Assembly (NCBI RefSeq): GCF_009914755.1
Contig: NC_060927.1
Reading direction: 5' to 3' (one strand)
Origin: the human T2T-CHM13v2.0 reference genome, Homo sapiens
Length of the DNA: 64,000 nt
Numbering within the stretch: the first letter of the stretch is position 1; the number at the start of each line of letters is the position of its first letter. The position numbers were made by a program, and so were the translations under genes. Under the pieces are notes generated by a model. That model made no database searches and had not been told where the DNA came from. It saw nothing but the letters and a program-made list of their open reading frames with translations. Positions 42,878 to 59,579 of this stretch are shown piece by piece.

Positions 42878-45586
42878 AGAAGCTGCAATCAGTGAGCAGA
42901 GCACAAATGCACAAATCCCCAGCATTTGGAGGTCAGGGTCCCCTGGCTCCCACTAACTGTGTAAAAGCTGCTTCGGGAACAAGTACATACCTGCATACCA
43001 TGGGGCTGGGGGTGAAGGAAGGATAGCTGCTACTGCAGTAAGAGCTGAAATTGACCACAGTTAACCACAATTTACTAAGCCTTCCCTAGACATTGCAAAT
43101 TTTCAACAGACTCCAGAGTTCCTCAATAGCTACATCCGACAGATTTTGCCAGTGAAATTGTTTCTAGGTGGGCAGACAAATTCCTGTTGCTTCCTACTTT
43201 GTCATCTTCCCAGAATTCCCTCCTTGCACAAAAGTTTTTGAAACCACTGAATCTTTTGTCACCTCCAAACAACACCCTAAATAAGCAGATCTTTAGTCTC
43301 CAATAATTCTAAAAGTCAGGAGTAGTCATATGTTTAAAATGAGTGATAATAATGTGCTGTGAGGATGAAATGGAATAATATAAATACCTTGAAATAGTGC
43401 TTAGCATATAATAAATGCTTAATAAATGTTAGCTATTCTTTATTATAATAATTTTTATTTAAATTATAATTACTTTCTGAACTGGGGAGATGCCTCACCA
43501 GAAACAGTTAAAATATCAAGGATGTTTTAAGAAAACTGCTGGACCAAGAATTAACACTTGCTACATATTGGTTCCTATTTTTATACCAAATTTTAAAACA
43601 TTAAACATAAGACTTAAATTTTTGACAATTTCTTGCTCAATATCCTAGTATGCTTAGTTACCATTCTAATATATCTTTTCACACAGGTTCTCTCTGAAAT
43701 ACTTAACTTTAGAAAGATTTATAGTTCTTAAGTGGGGCTATTTTATTCCATTTTAGTCCTTGGTAGTAACTTCCAACCAATGAATTCCCTGTAGGAATAC
43801 TCACAATTTAGTGTATGCAATATGATTAATTTTAGCTCCAGAAAAAAGGCAGACATTTTTTCTTTGAAAATTTGAGCGGCTTTAATGTATTGTGAGTATG
43901 CATGTAGGATCTCATTCAACTGCAGTTTCTTATCTCATCAAAGTTATCTCCTCACATCCTTATGACATTTGCCTTATCTTTAATTTGTAGGAGTAATATT
44001 TTCCAGGTCAGAGGAGAGAGTAAATTTTCCATAGCTAATTTTCCAACTAAAAGCTGATGTACATACAGACACAATTCTGTTGGCATTTCCAGGGCATTGA
44101 ATACCAAAGAAAATATATTTTATGATTATCTTGGGGGCATGAATGTACCTATATTATAGAAGAATTGGTAATAAAGAAGATTTATCAATTTAATTACTGG
44201 TGTGTTACACTTGGGCACCATGTAGCATTTTTTTGGTCCTACAAATAACTGTACTGAACAGGGCTGAATCTATGATGTAGCCCACAATGAACTCTCAGAG
44301 GTGTGGTTCCTGGAAGAAGCCTCATTGCTGAAACTATCCTCTTGCCCAAGGCTTTGCCCAACATTGTGATACACATGGTCAAGTGCAAACATCTTCTTTA
44401 GGAATTTCAAAGATTTGGCCGGATGTCTTTGCAGTAGAATTACTCTTTGAGTTTGAGAAACTAATTGAGTTCAGTATAGGCATGGAAAGACACTTGGAGG
44501 AATATGCCAAAATATTAATAGTGGCTATGCCTTGGGGAATGGCGTTGAATGTGAAGGAGAAAAACCAGAAGGGAACTTTCGCTTATTATTTCATCTGCTT
44601 CTGTATTATTGAACTGTTTATAACCTAAATGTATTAATTGCAGAAAAAAGGCAGCAGCCTTTACCAGCCACCTGGTCTCCCAGCTCAGAAACCAGGGAAG
44701 TAGGCACACCATTTCTTTTTCCTTCACTCCTCATGCCTGATCAGTAATTGAACTCTGTGGGTTTTCTTCCTAAATATCTCTCAAATGCATCCCTGTTCCC
44801 CGTTTTCACAGCTGTGCCTCAGCCCAGGCACTCAGGAACACTCCTCTGACTAACAAAAAGAGCCTCTGAACCGACTCCCTGCAACTCCACCCATCTCCCC
44901 TCAGCTTCTGAGAGGCACTACCACCACCACCTCCCCTCACTCCCCCACCTTCCCCACTGCAACTCCTACTCTGACCCAGAGCAAACCTGACCTGGTCACT
45001 GCCATGCTGAAAATCCCCCACCCAGATACTGATAATTGGGGAGGCTATACGTGTGGTTGGGAAGGAGGGTAGATGGGGAATCTCTGTACCTCCCTCTGAG
45101 TTTTGCTGTGAACCTAAAATTACTCTTAAAAAATAAAGTCTATTAAGAAAAATACCCCACCTAGCACTCCTACCCAGCTCTAACCTCTTCTCTACAGACT
45201 TTAAAAAATTTGATTTGTTTATAATTGCAAATCTGACCAAGAACACCCAAGACCCATAGAAAGAATCATTCCTCAGCCTGGCATAAAAAATCCTCATGAT
45301 CAAAACTGCCCATCTTCCTAGCTTCACCTTCTCATACCCCTGTGTCCTCACCTGTGTGGTTTCTTCTTCCCGGATTTACCCCTCCCTGCTTTGGTTTCCT
45401 TTGAAAGTTTTTGCTCTTTCTTCTCTTTGAAGTCTTCCTGACACCTCTAGACAGAGATGGTTCCACCCTTTCTAAATGGCTGATTAGCCCATTATCATGC
45501 ATTACGGTAATGATTTAACTCCTTTCTTCCTACACTATTGTTTTTTGAGAACAAAGAGCTTTATTTATTTTGCCTATATATTTATA

Positions 45587-47800
<2,214 letters not shown>

Positions 47801-48159
47801 TACTTTTTTTTAATGTAGCCAGCCCCAACATTTTCCATATGTAGTAAAAGAACATTCTCTATGTTCATGAATGCTTATGACAAATGAATGATAGAATGAA
47901 TGAATAAATGAATGCAAAGAGCTCAGACTGGAAAGTAGCAGATATGTGATCTAGTTTTATTTCTGATACTCTGACTGGTTCTCTTTTTTCTCTCATCTTA
48001 ATTGAACACTGGACATTCCATTTGGCTCTTAAATTATGTAACTTAAATATAATAAATTTTCAGCCAATGATTTCATTAGATACCTGGCTGTAACTCCAGA
48101 AGACCTATGAAGAGCCCTAGAGGCCAGCTCCACCTTGGTTCCTCTAATAGTTTCTTTTG

Positions 48160-48375
48160 CTCTATCGTTTTCTTCAACTTAGCATCTGTGTCACCTTGAA
48201 CAAGTTGCTTAACTTCTCTACACCTTAATTTCTTCAGCTGCAACATGAGATTCATGATGTGGCTACTTCATAGAGTAGCAGTGAGGATTCGATCAGATAA
48301 TGTATGTAAAGTGCTTAGAACAATGCCTACGATACTAAACACATAATAAATGTTTAATAAATATTGATGATGGTG
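48160..48375. mobile_element. MIR
   Basis: tgtgtcaccttgaacaagttgcttaacttctct..gtaaagtgcttagaacaatgcct. Confidence 0.7.
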
Positions 48376-48989
48376 ATGATGTTTCCTTGATGTTTTTTAG
48401 GGCACTTTTCTGCATAGGAGGAAAGTAAACTCTGAGGCTTCCTGTATTCTGTAATGATTAATAAAGTACTGTATCATTGTGTCATATAGAGCTATATAGG
48501 CATGGACAAATTCATTTGTTTGCAATGAATTAGACTTCAAAGACGGTGCAATGAACGAAGGCAATTTAAAGGATAGTTTGCGCCCTTTGGAAATGTAGAT
48601 ATTTTAACAAATAGGAACATATGAGTCATATAAACCTTAGAGTGAATGAATTAACTAGCTTTTTTCCTCAAAGCAGTGTTGATGGGAGGAAAAGAATTGG
48701 TGCTAAGAGCCTGAGGGGTGGTGGAAAAGGAAGGAAGAGTAATCTGCAAGACTGTCAGGTGTGAAGGGTGTGGGGACTGCAGCAATTCTTGCAAGGTCAG
48801 CAGAGTGGGCCAACTTTTTCAGTTGCTGGCTGACCTCAGCCAGGGATTAGGTTCTGTTCAAGGGCAACATTGCTGCAATATCAAGGGGCCATGCTCTGGT
48901 TGCTGAAAGCTCATGCCCAGGACTGCTGGCCTGGGTTCTGGCTGTCTGACCATTTACTCTTATTTTCTTTTTATATCTGTCATATTTTC

Positions 48990-49520
48990 TCAGTCAGCTA
49001 GGATTTTTGGTTGCAAGTAACAGAAACGCCAACCTAAACTGACTTAGGCATGAAGGGAATTGTTCGCGCTTATATAACTGAAAAGATCAGGGGTAGTGCT
49101 GGTGTCAGGGTTCAAAAGAAGTCATCCAGGTTCAGTATTACTCCACCTTTTCTCAGCCTTTCACTGTGTTCATTTCTACTTCAAACTTCATGGCTTGATG
49201 GTGACAGTAGCTTCAGACTCTTCATCCCCTCAGGTTCGAGGCACAGAGAAAGAGAGTCTGCCTTTGCTTCAGATATCTGAAGAAAAAGCTCCCTTGTGTC
49301 CCAGTGGCTCTGAAGGAGCCATGTGCCTATCTATGAAGAAATTACTGTGGCCAAGGGAAGCACAAGCTCTGATGAGCCATTCCTCAGTCTCATGCCACCC
49401 TCAATACAGAGGCTGGAGGCAATTCCATCAGAGCTACTTGGGCAGCAGATGGGGAAAGATTAGCTCTACAAACAGGAACCAGAGCTGGTTATCAGAAGTA
49501 GAATGAATGCTGGGGAGTAT
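48990..49520. mobile_element. Old MaLR LTR (MLT1-type)
   Basis: gtcagctaggatttttggttgcaagtaacagaaac..aactgacttagg start. Confidence 0.55.
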
Positions 49521-49924
49521 TTTTTTTTTTTTTGGTCCACTACCTCTTCCAGTATTTGTGTCTTTTTGATTCTGAAAACCCACCCTTGATGTTTCCATCC
49601 CCTCACCAACTGCGGCTATCAAAACAGTTAACCCCTGATGCTCAAGTTTATCCTCTCCAGCCCTGTCGAGAATCAATGAACACTTTGTCACCAGTATCAG
49701 AAACTTTCTTGTATGCTCTAGGTCCAATGGTTTGAGACGATGACCAGGTCTAGTAAAAGCATTCTATTGAAGCCTACCTTCATAGCTTTCACTTTGGGGC
49801 CTAAGGTGCCTTCCTGATTTTCTCTGCTCCAGTTTTTCTGGGATGAGGGAAATGAATACCTAACCCAGTAATTCTCAAGCCTGGATTCAAATTAGAATCA
49901 CTTGAAAAGCTTTTTAAAAATTCT

Positions 49925-51290
49925 CATTCCTCTAAGATCAGAAATAAGAAAATTTTTAAAATTCTCATTCCTCTAAGATCAGGATCAGGATCAAGGCAAG
50001 CACAGCTGCTCTTACTCCTTCTATTTAACATAGTACTGAAGTCCAAGCCAGAGCAATTGGACAAGAAAAAGATAGAAAGGTCATCCAAATAGGAAAGAAA
50101 GAAGTAAAATTAACTGTTCACAGATGATATGATTTCATATATAAAAACCCTAAAAATTCCATTCACACACAAAAAAGTCTGTTAGAACTAATAAATGAAT
50201 TCAGCTAAGTTGCAGGATACAAAATCAACATGCAAAAATTGACTGCATTTCTGTACAACAACAATGTATAATCTGAAAAGAAAATTAAGAAAACAATTCT
50301 ATTTATAATGGAATCAAAAAGAATAAAAATTCTCAGAAATAAACCTAACCAAAGACATGAAAGACTTGTATACTAAAAACAAATCATTGCTGAAAAAATT
50401 AAAGAAGACACAAATAAATGAAAAGACATCTCATGTTCATAGACTGGAGGACTTAATATTGTTAAGATGTCCATATTACTCAAAGCTATCTACAAATTCA
50501 ATGCAATTCCTATCAAAATTCCCACAGCATTTTTTGCAGAAACAGAAAAATTCATCTGAAAATTCATATGGCATCTCCAGAGGCCCCACATTTTGAAAAT
50601 AAACAAAATTAGAGGAATCACACTCTAAAGGACAGACACTTTGTAATATGTTATTTCAAAACATATCACAAAGTTACAGTACTCAAAACAATGTGAAATT
50701 GGCATAAAAACAGACATGTAGACTAATGGAATAGAATAGAGAGCTCAGAAATTAACCCTTGCATATCTAGGCAAAAGATGTCCAACAAGGGTGCATACCA
50801 AGTTCACAGCGGCACCACTATTCACTGTAGCCAAGAGATGGAAGCAACCTAAGTGTCCACTGACAGATAAATGGATAGACAAAATGTGGTATATACATAC
50901 AATGGAATATCACTCAGCTTTTAAAAGGAAGGAAATTCTGTCACATGCTACAGCATGGACGAACCTTGAGGATATTATGCTAAGTGAAATAAGCCAGTGA
51001 CAAAAGAGACAAATACTATACAATTCCACTTATACGAATATCTAAAGTAGTCAAATTCATAGAAACAGAAAGTAGAATGGTGCTTACCACGGGCTGAAAG
51101 GAGGGGGAAATGAGGAATTGTGGTTTAATGGGTATAGAGTTTCAGGTTTGCAAGATGAAAAAGTTCTGGAAATTTGTTTCACAACCATGTGAACTGTACA
51201 ACTAAACCAAATTGCACTACTGAACTGTGCAATTAAAAATGGTGAAGATGGTAAGTTTTCTGTGTGGTATTTTTTTACCACACAAAAAAA
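49925..51290 (+). mobile_element. L1MA/MB fragment with internal deletion, inserted in a MER5A-like element (halves ~49865-49925 and ~51290-51405)
   Basis: ORF2 RT-region sequence jumps near 50790 to 3' sequence (aagcaacctaagtgtccactgacagataaatggata..). MER5A motifs lie either side. Confidence 0.85.
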
Positions 51291-53162
51291 TACACATCCT
51301 GAGTCCAACATCAGATCGATTAAATCAGATGGAGTGGGGCTAGGGCTTCAATATTATTAAAAGCTTTCTGAATTATTTTATGGTAAAGTCAGGGTTGCAA
51401 GTGACTTAATCACTTAATCATGAATTGAATTTATTGACCAACTCTTCTTCCTTAGCTGACTACGGCAAGGGGTAGGCCCTTACCCTTTTGCACAGAGTAG
51501 AATGGAGTCCGTTTACTGAACACCTTCACTGAGAGCTGGATTGGGGTTCAGATTCTATATGGGTCACCAAATCAACCCAAATAGGTTAGAAGCAGGACAT
51601 CAGTTCGCTCAGATTTCCATACACACCTTTTGTGTAATTTCTGGGCAGGCAAAAAAGAGGAGATCCCTAGTGTTGCTCAGGGTGAGGTCCCAGACACAGC
51701 GAGACCCTCCCTAAGGGATAGTTAGGAGAAAAAAGATGGCTGGCAGAGAGGAAAGAGAGAGACACTAGTAGCCCAGGATGCTGCCAAGGAATGGAAAGCC
51801 ACAGAGGGCAGCCGAAGGAAAGTGGCCACCTGAGACTAGATGGGTGGGGTAAGGACAGAGAGAAAAGTTCCAGAAGCCCGAAATGGAGAGCTGAAGGGAA
51901 AAAGAGAAACAATAACATTGTTTTTTGTTCTAGAACTAGGCCTATTTAGTTTGTTTTAAAATAAAAGCCGCTATAGTAGGGAAAACATCATTCCTTATTG
52001 GGGAGAGAATGCAGAGCAGATAGCAAAGTTTTCATGCAGGGAAGAATAATCAATATTCAAAATCTTACTTCTCAATACACAGATGGATTGAATTCAGGCT
52101 TCAGCATCATTTAATTAAATGGACTATTGTTTCTCTCTCACGAGTTTTAGTGAGAGCATTGCAAGTATGAGGAGAGCAGGATTAGGTTCTAATTGAAGCA
52201 GATCTATCTGCCTCAAAGCCGAGGAGTACTGTATAAACAGACTGAGAAGACTTTTATTTAAACTTCATATTCAAAAGGGTGTGGGTGCACAGATGGGTAC
52301 ACGTTACCTCCTTGGTTTCTAGTTTTAGAAGCAGGGCAAAAACGTTGGGTGAGTTCAAAATTTTTTTTAAATTACAGCTGGGTTTCTTCATAAAGCATAT
52401 TAGCTAGGTGGCATTGAAAGGGTAGTATGTAATTTGTGCTTCTGCAACACTTTCTTCCAGAAAATGCGTTTAGATTTTATTTTCATTTATAATGAAAACC
52501 AATATTTAAATGCCTGTTATGAAGTAGCAGGTCAGGAGTTTTAAATGCACTAAGATAATTCCTACAATAACACTATTATTCCCATTTTTACAGCTGATGA
52601 AACTGAGGCTCACAGAAATTTTACACATTTTTCAAGGTCACTTAGCTAATAAATAGCAGAGCTGGAATTCAAAGCCAGTTATTTATGGTCCCCAAACCAA
52701 TATTCTTTTTATTAGGTATTTCAGATTTTGAAGGAGATGAAGCCAAGGTGTATAATTCCTTTGTTTCTATTTTCACAGAGTTAAACTTAAATAGCAAATA
52801 TAAGTCTTATTCCTCAAACTCTGCAAACAAAATTAATTTCTTTCATTTTCATAAATCAATTTAATGATAATTTCAGGCCCCCACCCTGCTAAATTGTCTA
52901 CTAATTGCTGAAATGCCCCACTGTCTCAGCCCAAGTGTTTCCTTGAAGTCTGAAGTCAGCTATTTCCACACTATGTTTTATCCTTGGTCATCCTTGGCAT
53001 GCCATGGCGCCACCCTTGGGCCCAGCCACTGAGGTCTGTTCCAGTCCCTGGGACTTCATCTTGAGAAAAGTCTTCTTTGATCATACTTCCCCAGAAGGAC
53101 TCCTCTCTCACCTCAAATTCTGATCCCAACAATGAGTTTAGGCTTTTGAAAGTAAAAGACAG

Positions 53163-53490
53163 GGCCGGGTGCGGCAGCTAACGCCTGTAATCCCAGCACT
53201 TTGGGAGGCCAAGGTGAGTGGATCATTTGAGGTCAGGAGTTCGAGACCAGCCTGGCCAACATGGTGAAACCCCGTCTCTACTAAAAATACAAAAATTAGC
53301 TGGGCGTGGTGGCGGACACCTGTAATCCCAACTACTTGGGAAGCTGCAGCAGGAGAATTGCTTGAACCTGGGGGGCGGAGATTGCAGTGAGCCAATATCG
53401 TGCCACTTCACTCCGTCCTGGGCAATAGAGCGAGACTCAGTCTCAAAAAAAACAAAACTAAACTAAACAAAAAACAAAAAAAAGAAAAGA
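53163..53490 (+). mobile_element. AluS next to MIR sequence
   Basis: Full dimer; aaaagacag on both flanks; MIR-like sequence at 53500-53620. Confidence 0.94.
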
Positions 53491-54559
53491 AAAGACAGGA
53501 GGAGGATAACAATAGCACCTACTTCAAAGGGTTGCTGTGAAGATTAAATGAGTTAATACCTATAAAATGCTTAGCACAATGCCAGATATAGTACATGCTA
53601 GTAAATATTTGCTATTATTACATTACTTTAGAATATACTTACATATATCTTTTTCTCAATTTTACTTTGGTGGCCTGCAAAATACATGATAAAATGTAGA
53701 ATTTGTGATGATTTGCATATAAGTGGTGCTGGTATTGGTATATGCCCTCCAGGCACAGAAATTCTACTCTTCTACTTCACACAATTCTCATCAAAAAGGA
53801 GAAAAAAGTACAATGCTGTTACAATTGTATGCACTGAATTTTACAGTATATTATTGCCAAGAAAAAAACTTCCATATTGTCTAGTTATCAATGAGAATTC
53901 CACCCTCCCCTTACAATTTTACACATGCTATGATTAGAAGAATTCCACAGAGGCTAGCTTCCGGCTCGAGTTTTTCAAATCTCGTGTCTCCTCCATAGCC
54001 GTATGTCCAGAATTACGTGCTGTATCTCACTTTCGTACCCCAACCCCTGGCCGTGAAGCTTGGTTCCATGATGAATCAGCATAGTAGATAAAAGGAGTAT
54101 TCCTGGACGCCGTTTCTACACTGGCGTGATTGAAAACCACCTAAAAATCTCTTACTAAACCCAACTTTAGTGTAATCCCACCTCAACATCCCATTAGCCA
54201 TATCCAAAAAATTCCCACACTCAGTGCCAACCTGACGGGAAGGGAAACGTAACAGCAGTGAAGTCTGATTGGAAAGAAACAGTAACCTTAATTAATTAAG
54301 GTAAACGTATCTTACATTTGCAAAATTTCCATAAGCACTATGTAAATTTATGGCTAGGGTCCCTCTGAGGTCCCTGAAAGGTATCTGTGCAATAGAGGGG
54401 CCTGAAGCTTCAGCTTAGTTGATTTCACAGTAAATCGCATCACAAGTATTAAGTGGGATGATTCATGTAAACGGCATAGGACTGTGCCTAGCACATCCAA
54501 CAAATGTCAACCCTTGTCTGCAGTCGAGTAGTAGTAGGGCTAGTAGGCGTTATTTGTGT

Positions 54560-55066
54560 TGATTTTTGTCCACATGCCCTCTCCTCCTTGTCTGCCCATT
54601 CTTGGCCCTTCTGTAACCTGCTGTGCCTCAGGAAGCTGACCCCTGTGCTCTTTCTTACACAGACTTCCTTGCCCCTGGTGCTTTCCTGTGGCCAGTGAGA
54701 AGCATCAGCAAGAAACTGGTAGGTGGGAAGAAAGAGAGTTTGGGCTATTTATATTCGTTCCCCCCATCTCCATATGCTCTCCCTCCAATTTCCTCATGGT
54801 TCGGGCTCTGTCTGCACATAGCTGTAGCTCCTATTGGGTGGATTCTCTCCAAGGACTATAGATTGTGCTGGTTTTGATAACACAACCTCCACCCTTTGCT
54901 CTCTTCAGGCCTAAAAGTAGAACAGGCTTCCTCAGTCCCTGGAGGCCTCACCATCCTTTGTTTGTTCCCTTAACCTGTCCATACCTTTGTAACTAGTGGC
55001 TTAATTAAATCCCTTTCAATAAGTTGTTTTGAGTATGCTGTTTCCTGCAGAATCCCTGATTAATAC
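54560..55066. mobile_element. Old ERVL-type LTR (LTR33/LTR16-like)
   Basis: gttcccttaacctgtccatacctttgtaactagt..attaaa..tttcctgcagaatccctgattaataca end. Confidence 0.6.
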
Positions 55067-56213
55067 ATTGTTTGTTCTGACCCCAACTAGTATGCCCCAT
55101 GGTCATCCCTTTTCTGTCTCCTGATATCCTGAGATAAAAGGTATTGCCTATTTTCTCCTTCTCAGAGTAAGTCATGAAAAATATGTACATAAAGTCATTT
55201 TCCCCTCCAGTAGTATGGCCATAAACTGTATGAAATCCATGTGTGACTTAGAGGAGAGCTCTGCTTGTTGATCTAACTGTTAATTTCCCCTGGGGGTAAC
55301 ATGTCCCTTGGAGTGCTTAGCCTGTCTTTAAAATTTTTACGTTTCCATATGTGTTTATGTAACCACTTAGTTCTGTCCTATGTAGCTCTAGGGATATGTG
55401 CTACACTCAATGGAAGTTGAATTGTCCTGTCATATTACATAAGATGAAAATCTGACTCCATTCAACTGCCAGAGCAATAGCCAGAGAAGACATTAAGTGA
55501 GAACTGATTTTTGGCCCGGAGATCCTTTTCCATTCATGAGTCCTCTAGGGTTTCTCCAAGGCTACACAGATGGTCATTCTTCAAAAGGAATACAGTTTTT
55601 TTCTCCCCTTAGGAAATACTTAATCTGGACATTAGAACTGTTTCTGAGAGTGGGGAGGAACACAGGAAAAACTCACCAGCACAATGTTTATTTTTAATAA
55701 GAGAAAGGGAAAGGAATGTGCAGATAGAGAACATTCTTATGTTTTCTTCTTCATACAGCTGCAGGTGAGATCTCCAGAGACTCTGACTTTAGAAGTGCAC
55801 CAGACCAGGAATCTCTGTAACAATACTGCCTGTGAAGAGCATGGCTCAGGCCTTGTTTGATCTGATAGTCATGGCCGCCCATGAAGGACTTGTATTTGCC
55901 GAGTATTCCAAAAAAAAATCTCGCATCTGACTCTATCCTAGGCTGAACTGTTAATCTGTTCTTTCATCCCTTCAATCAGTATTTGTTGAGTGCCCATAAT
56001 GGAGGAGGCCTTGTTTGAAGTGCTAAAGATACAGCTGTGAATACGACAAAGTCCTTGCCCTCATGAGCTTACATTCTAGTAGGAGAGACAGAAAATAAAC
56101 AAGTAGGTAATTAAATACATATAATACCTTATAATTTTAATTAGTGATAAGAGCTCTGAGGCAGTAATGCAGGGTAAATTTGTTGTAATCAATCAATATC
56201 TTATTAATGTTGG

Positions 56214-56780
56214 TATGCAGAAAAGAATGAACAATAGCAGGCCTGAGGCTGCAATGCTTAGACCGGCTGCTTGCAATGTTGACCCTTGGCTGGTATCTGG
56301 AAACTTGAATAGTAAACAGTTCCCTAGACTGACACAAAACTTTCCATAAGCGATAAGAATGGCTCACTGTAACTAAACTGTCTATGCAAACAGTATGGTT
56401 TCTGTCAAACACCTGCTTTCCTTCTGGGAGTCTGAAATTCAGTATGTGTTGGGCAGAGGGTGCCAGTGTGACCAGCTACCAGCAAAACCTTGGGTGCTGA
56501 ATCGTTAATGAGCCTCCGTGGTAGATAGTATTTTCACATGTGTTGTCACAATTCATGGCAGGAAGAATTCAACATGTCTTGTGTGAGTCTTCTGGGAAAA
56601 GACTCTTGGAAGCGTGTGCCTGGTTTCCTCCTGACTTCACCTTGTGTGCCTTTTTCCTTTGCTGACTTTTCTTTGTATCATTTCACTGCAATGAGTCACA
56701 GGTGTGTGACTATTAGCTGAGTCCTGTGAGTCCTTCCAGTGAACACCAAACCTGGGATGGTCTTGGGGACCCATGACACA
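56214..56780. mobile_element. Solo LTR (MER68/MER21-family-like) inside an L2 3' end
   Basis: tgcagaaaaga..atagcaggcctgag..cccttggctgg..ctgagtcctgtgagtcc..ggtcttggggaccc..aca. L2-like tatttgttgagtgcc..gagcttacattctag precedes it. Confidence 0.7.
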
Positions 56781-57360
56781 GTCTGGGACTCTAGAATTTC
56801 TACAATCAAAGGAATTAAGGAGGCAATCCAGCTGGCAGATGGTGGTGGGGTGGCTTAGAGTACTACACAAAAACTGGGGTAGGTCTCAATGAAGCTGCCA
56901 TTTAAAAAAAAACAACAACAAGGACAAAAGACAAAATGACATCAAAAAACCCCTGGAGGAACACCTGGGGGTTATTTAGGGGGCGCTAACAGTCCCCAGC
57001 TAAGGAACATGCTGATGTCAGCATAACCAAAAACCTTGTGTCCACACACGTGTTCTCAGTGTCCTTGTCAGTGTGCTCCTTGAGGAAGGGGAGTGTGTAG
57101 CCAGGTCTTGGTACTTTCATACTCAGAGAAGGTTATTTTGTAGAATGACAAATTAAATGAAACTTTATTTACAGATTTTTTTCTTAATTTTCAGGAACAC
57201 AGCATAGGTGGGGGGCCCATGATCACTGGTTGAAGAAAGTTTTAAACCTCTCAGCTTGTTTTCCCTTTTGTTTTGTCAGCAAAATAGGCCTGGTCTTGAT
57301 GCTTAGTGGTGCCCTATTATGTTCACATGAAGGTTAAATCATTTTAAAAAGAAAGAATAA

Positions 57361-57747
<387 letters not shown>

Positions 57748-59066
57748 TCAGCAGCAGGTTGGAGGAAAGGAGTGAATATGCATGTCCCCCAACAGAGAGA
57801 AATAGACAGGTGGGACCCCAGACCCAGCTCTCAAGGCAGATGGAGGGGAGGCCTCTGATTCCCAGCCAGGATTCTCGGTTCCTTCTCTTTCTCACTTTAT
57901 TCCTCACTTTTTTTCTTTTTTCGTGTTTCCTTCTCTTTCTGTCTCTGTACTTGCAAATCTCTCCCTCCCTCTTCTTTCTGTCTTTTCTTATTTTCTCCTA
58001 GTCTTTTCTACATAGTAGTATTTTTTCTTTTTGTTCACCCTGGCTTCTACCCCACCCCAGTCTTATCTCTTAATTCTTACTGCTGTCTCTTCTCTGACTT
58101 TCTTGATAGGACCTTCTCAATTCAAGGCTGGGATAGGCTTTGGACTCTACCTCTGCCTTATGCTGTGGACTGCCTGAGGCATGATTAACTAACCCTGGAC
58201 CAGAATTCGCACTTTTAGTCAGTTGAAACCTAGAAAACTGCTGAGAGCTACTTGACCAAGTATCATTTTCCTCCTGCTGCTAAAACTTGAGGAATGTACA
58301 AAAGATGATGCCAAGAGTTAAGCTAAGGTCTCTAGCACATTAACGCCTTTAAGGTTATGGTAGACACAACCTTAAAGGGTGGAGAACACTGATGCCTGCT
58401 TTTTCACTATGTATTTTTAGCCATAATATTTGCCACCCATAATGAGAGTATTGCCATGTGCTGTAATATATGCTACATACCTGTGTATGTTTCTCAGGTA
58501 TATGGAGCTAGAGAAAATCACTCAACCATGCAGATCGGTGTCACTGAGAATTCCCAACCTCCAGCCTCAGCTGGGTCTTTGGGGCCATTCAACAATCCTG
58601 GTGATAGTCCTCCGTGAGCCACCACTCCCTTTCCCACCCAGGAACTCTGCCAACCCTCCTTCATTCTCCCTGAGATATTTAACTCCAATCCACAGTTCCC
58701 ACATTCAGTAGATGACTCTTCCTCTATTTTATCAAGAAAAGTGACTGAACATAAACTACTTGATCCTACAAACTCACTTCTTCCCATGGTTTTCTCTTCA
58801 CCACCATTTATGGGGATAAAGAGTTCCTCTCTTTTGGTCAAAGCCAGCCCCTTCATCTGTACCCTTGATCTCATTGCCTCCCATCTCTGACACCCTCCTT
58901 TATAAATTATCACTTCTCTCGTATATCATCCATTTTTCCTTTCTATTGGCTCTTTGCATGCAATCCATAAATATGCTCAAAACCTTCCTTTTAGAAAATA
59001 ACAATCTCTTTTGGTCCTGTTTACTTTCCAACGTCTTGGGCTACTGCCAAGATCTGTTCCTCCCTT

Positions 59067-59398
59067 TCTTTTTTTCTTTTTTCTTTCTTTCTTTCTTTCT
59101 TTCTTTTTTTTTTTTTTTGAGATGGAATCTAGCTCTGTCACCCAGACTGGAGTGTGGTGGCATGATCTTGGCTCACTGCAACCTCCGCCTCCCAGGTTCA
59201 AGTGACTCTCCTGCCTCAGCCTCCTGAGTAGCTGGGATTACAGGCGCCCGCCACCACGCCCAGCTAATTTTTGTATTTTTAGCAGAGACGGGGTTTCACT
59301 GTGTTAGCCAGGCTGGTCTTGAACTCCTGACCTCGTCATCCGCCCGCTTCGGCCTCCCAAAGTGCTGGGATTACAAGCATGAGCCACCGCACCTGGCC
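59067..59398 (-). mobile_element. AluS with (CTTT)n tail
   Basis: Reverse dimer; tgttcctccctt on both flanks. Confidence 0.93.
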
Positions 59399-59579
59399 CT
59401 GTTCCTCCCTTTCCAGTCAAAATTTCTGGAAAGGAAAATTAACTTGTCTCCATTTGCTCATCTCCCATTCACTCCTCACATCCCTGAGATCTCACTTCCA
59501 ACATCCATCCCTGTGCTAAAAATGATTCTCTAAAGATCTCCAGTGATGTTCATATTGATAAACCCAACAGGCACTTCAG

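Noticed and set aside
44806-45351. 181-aa minus-strand ORF
   Set aside because: Non-ATG start, crosses L2/L1-derived and low-complexity sequence, and has no recognisable domain.
55741-55770. Possible 6-nt plus-strand microexon (ttcatacag|CTGCAG|gtgaga)
   Set aside because: The motif juxtaposition is plausible by chance, there is no plus-strand coding gene, and it cannot be supported without RNA data.
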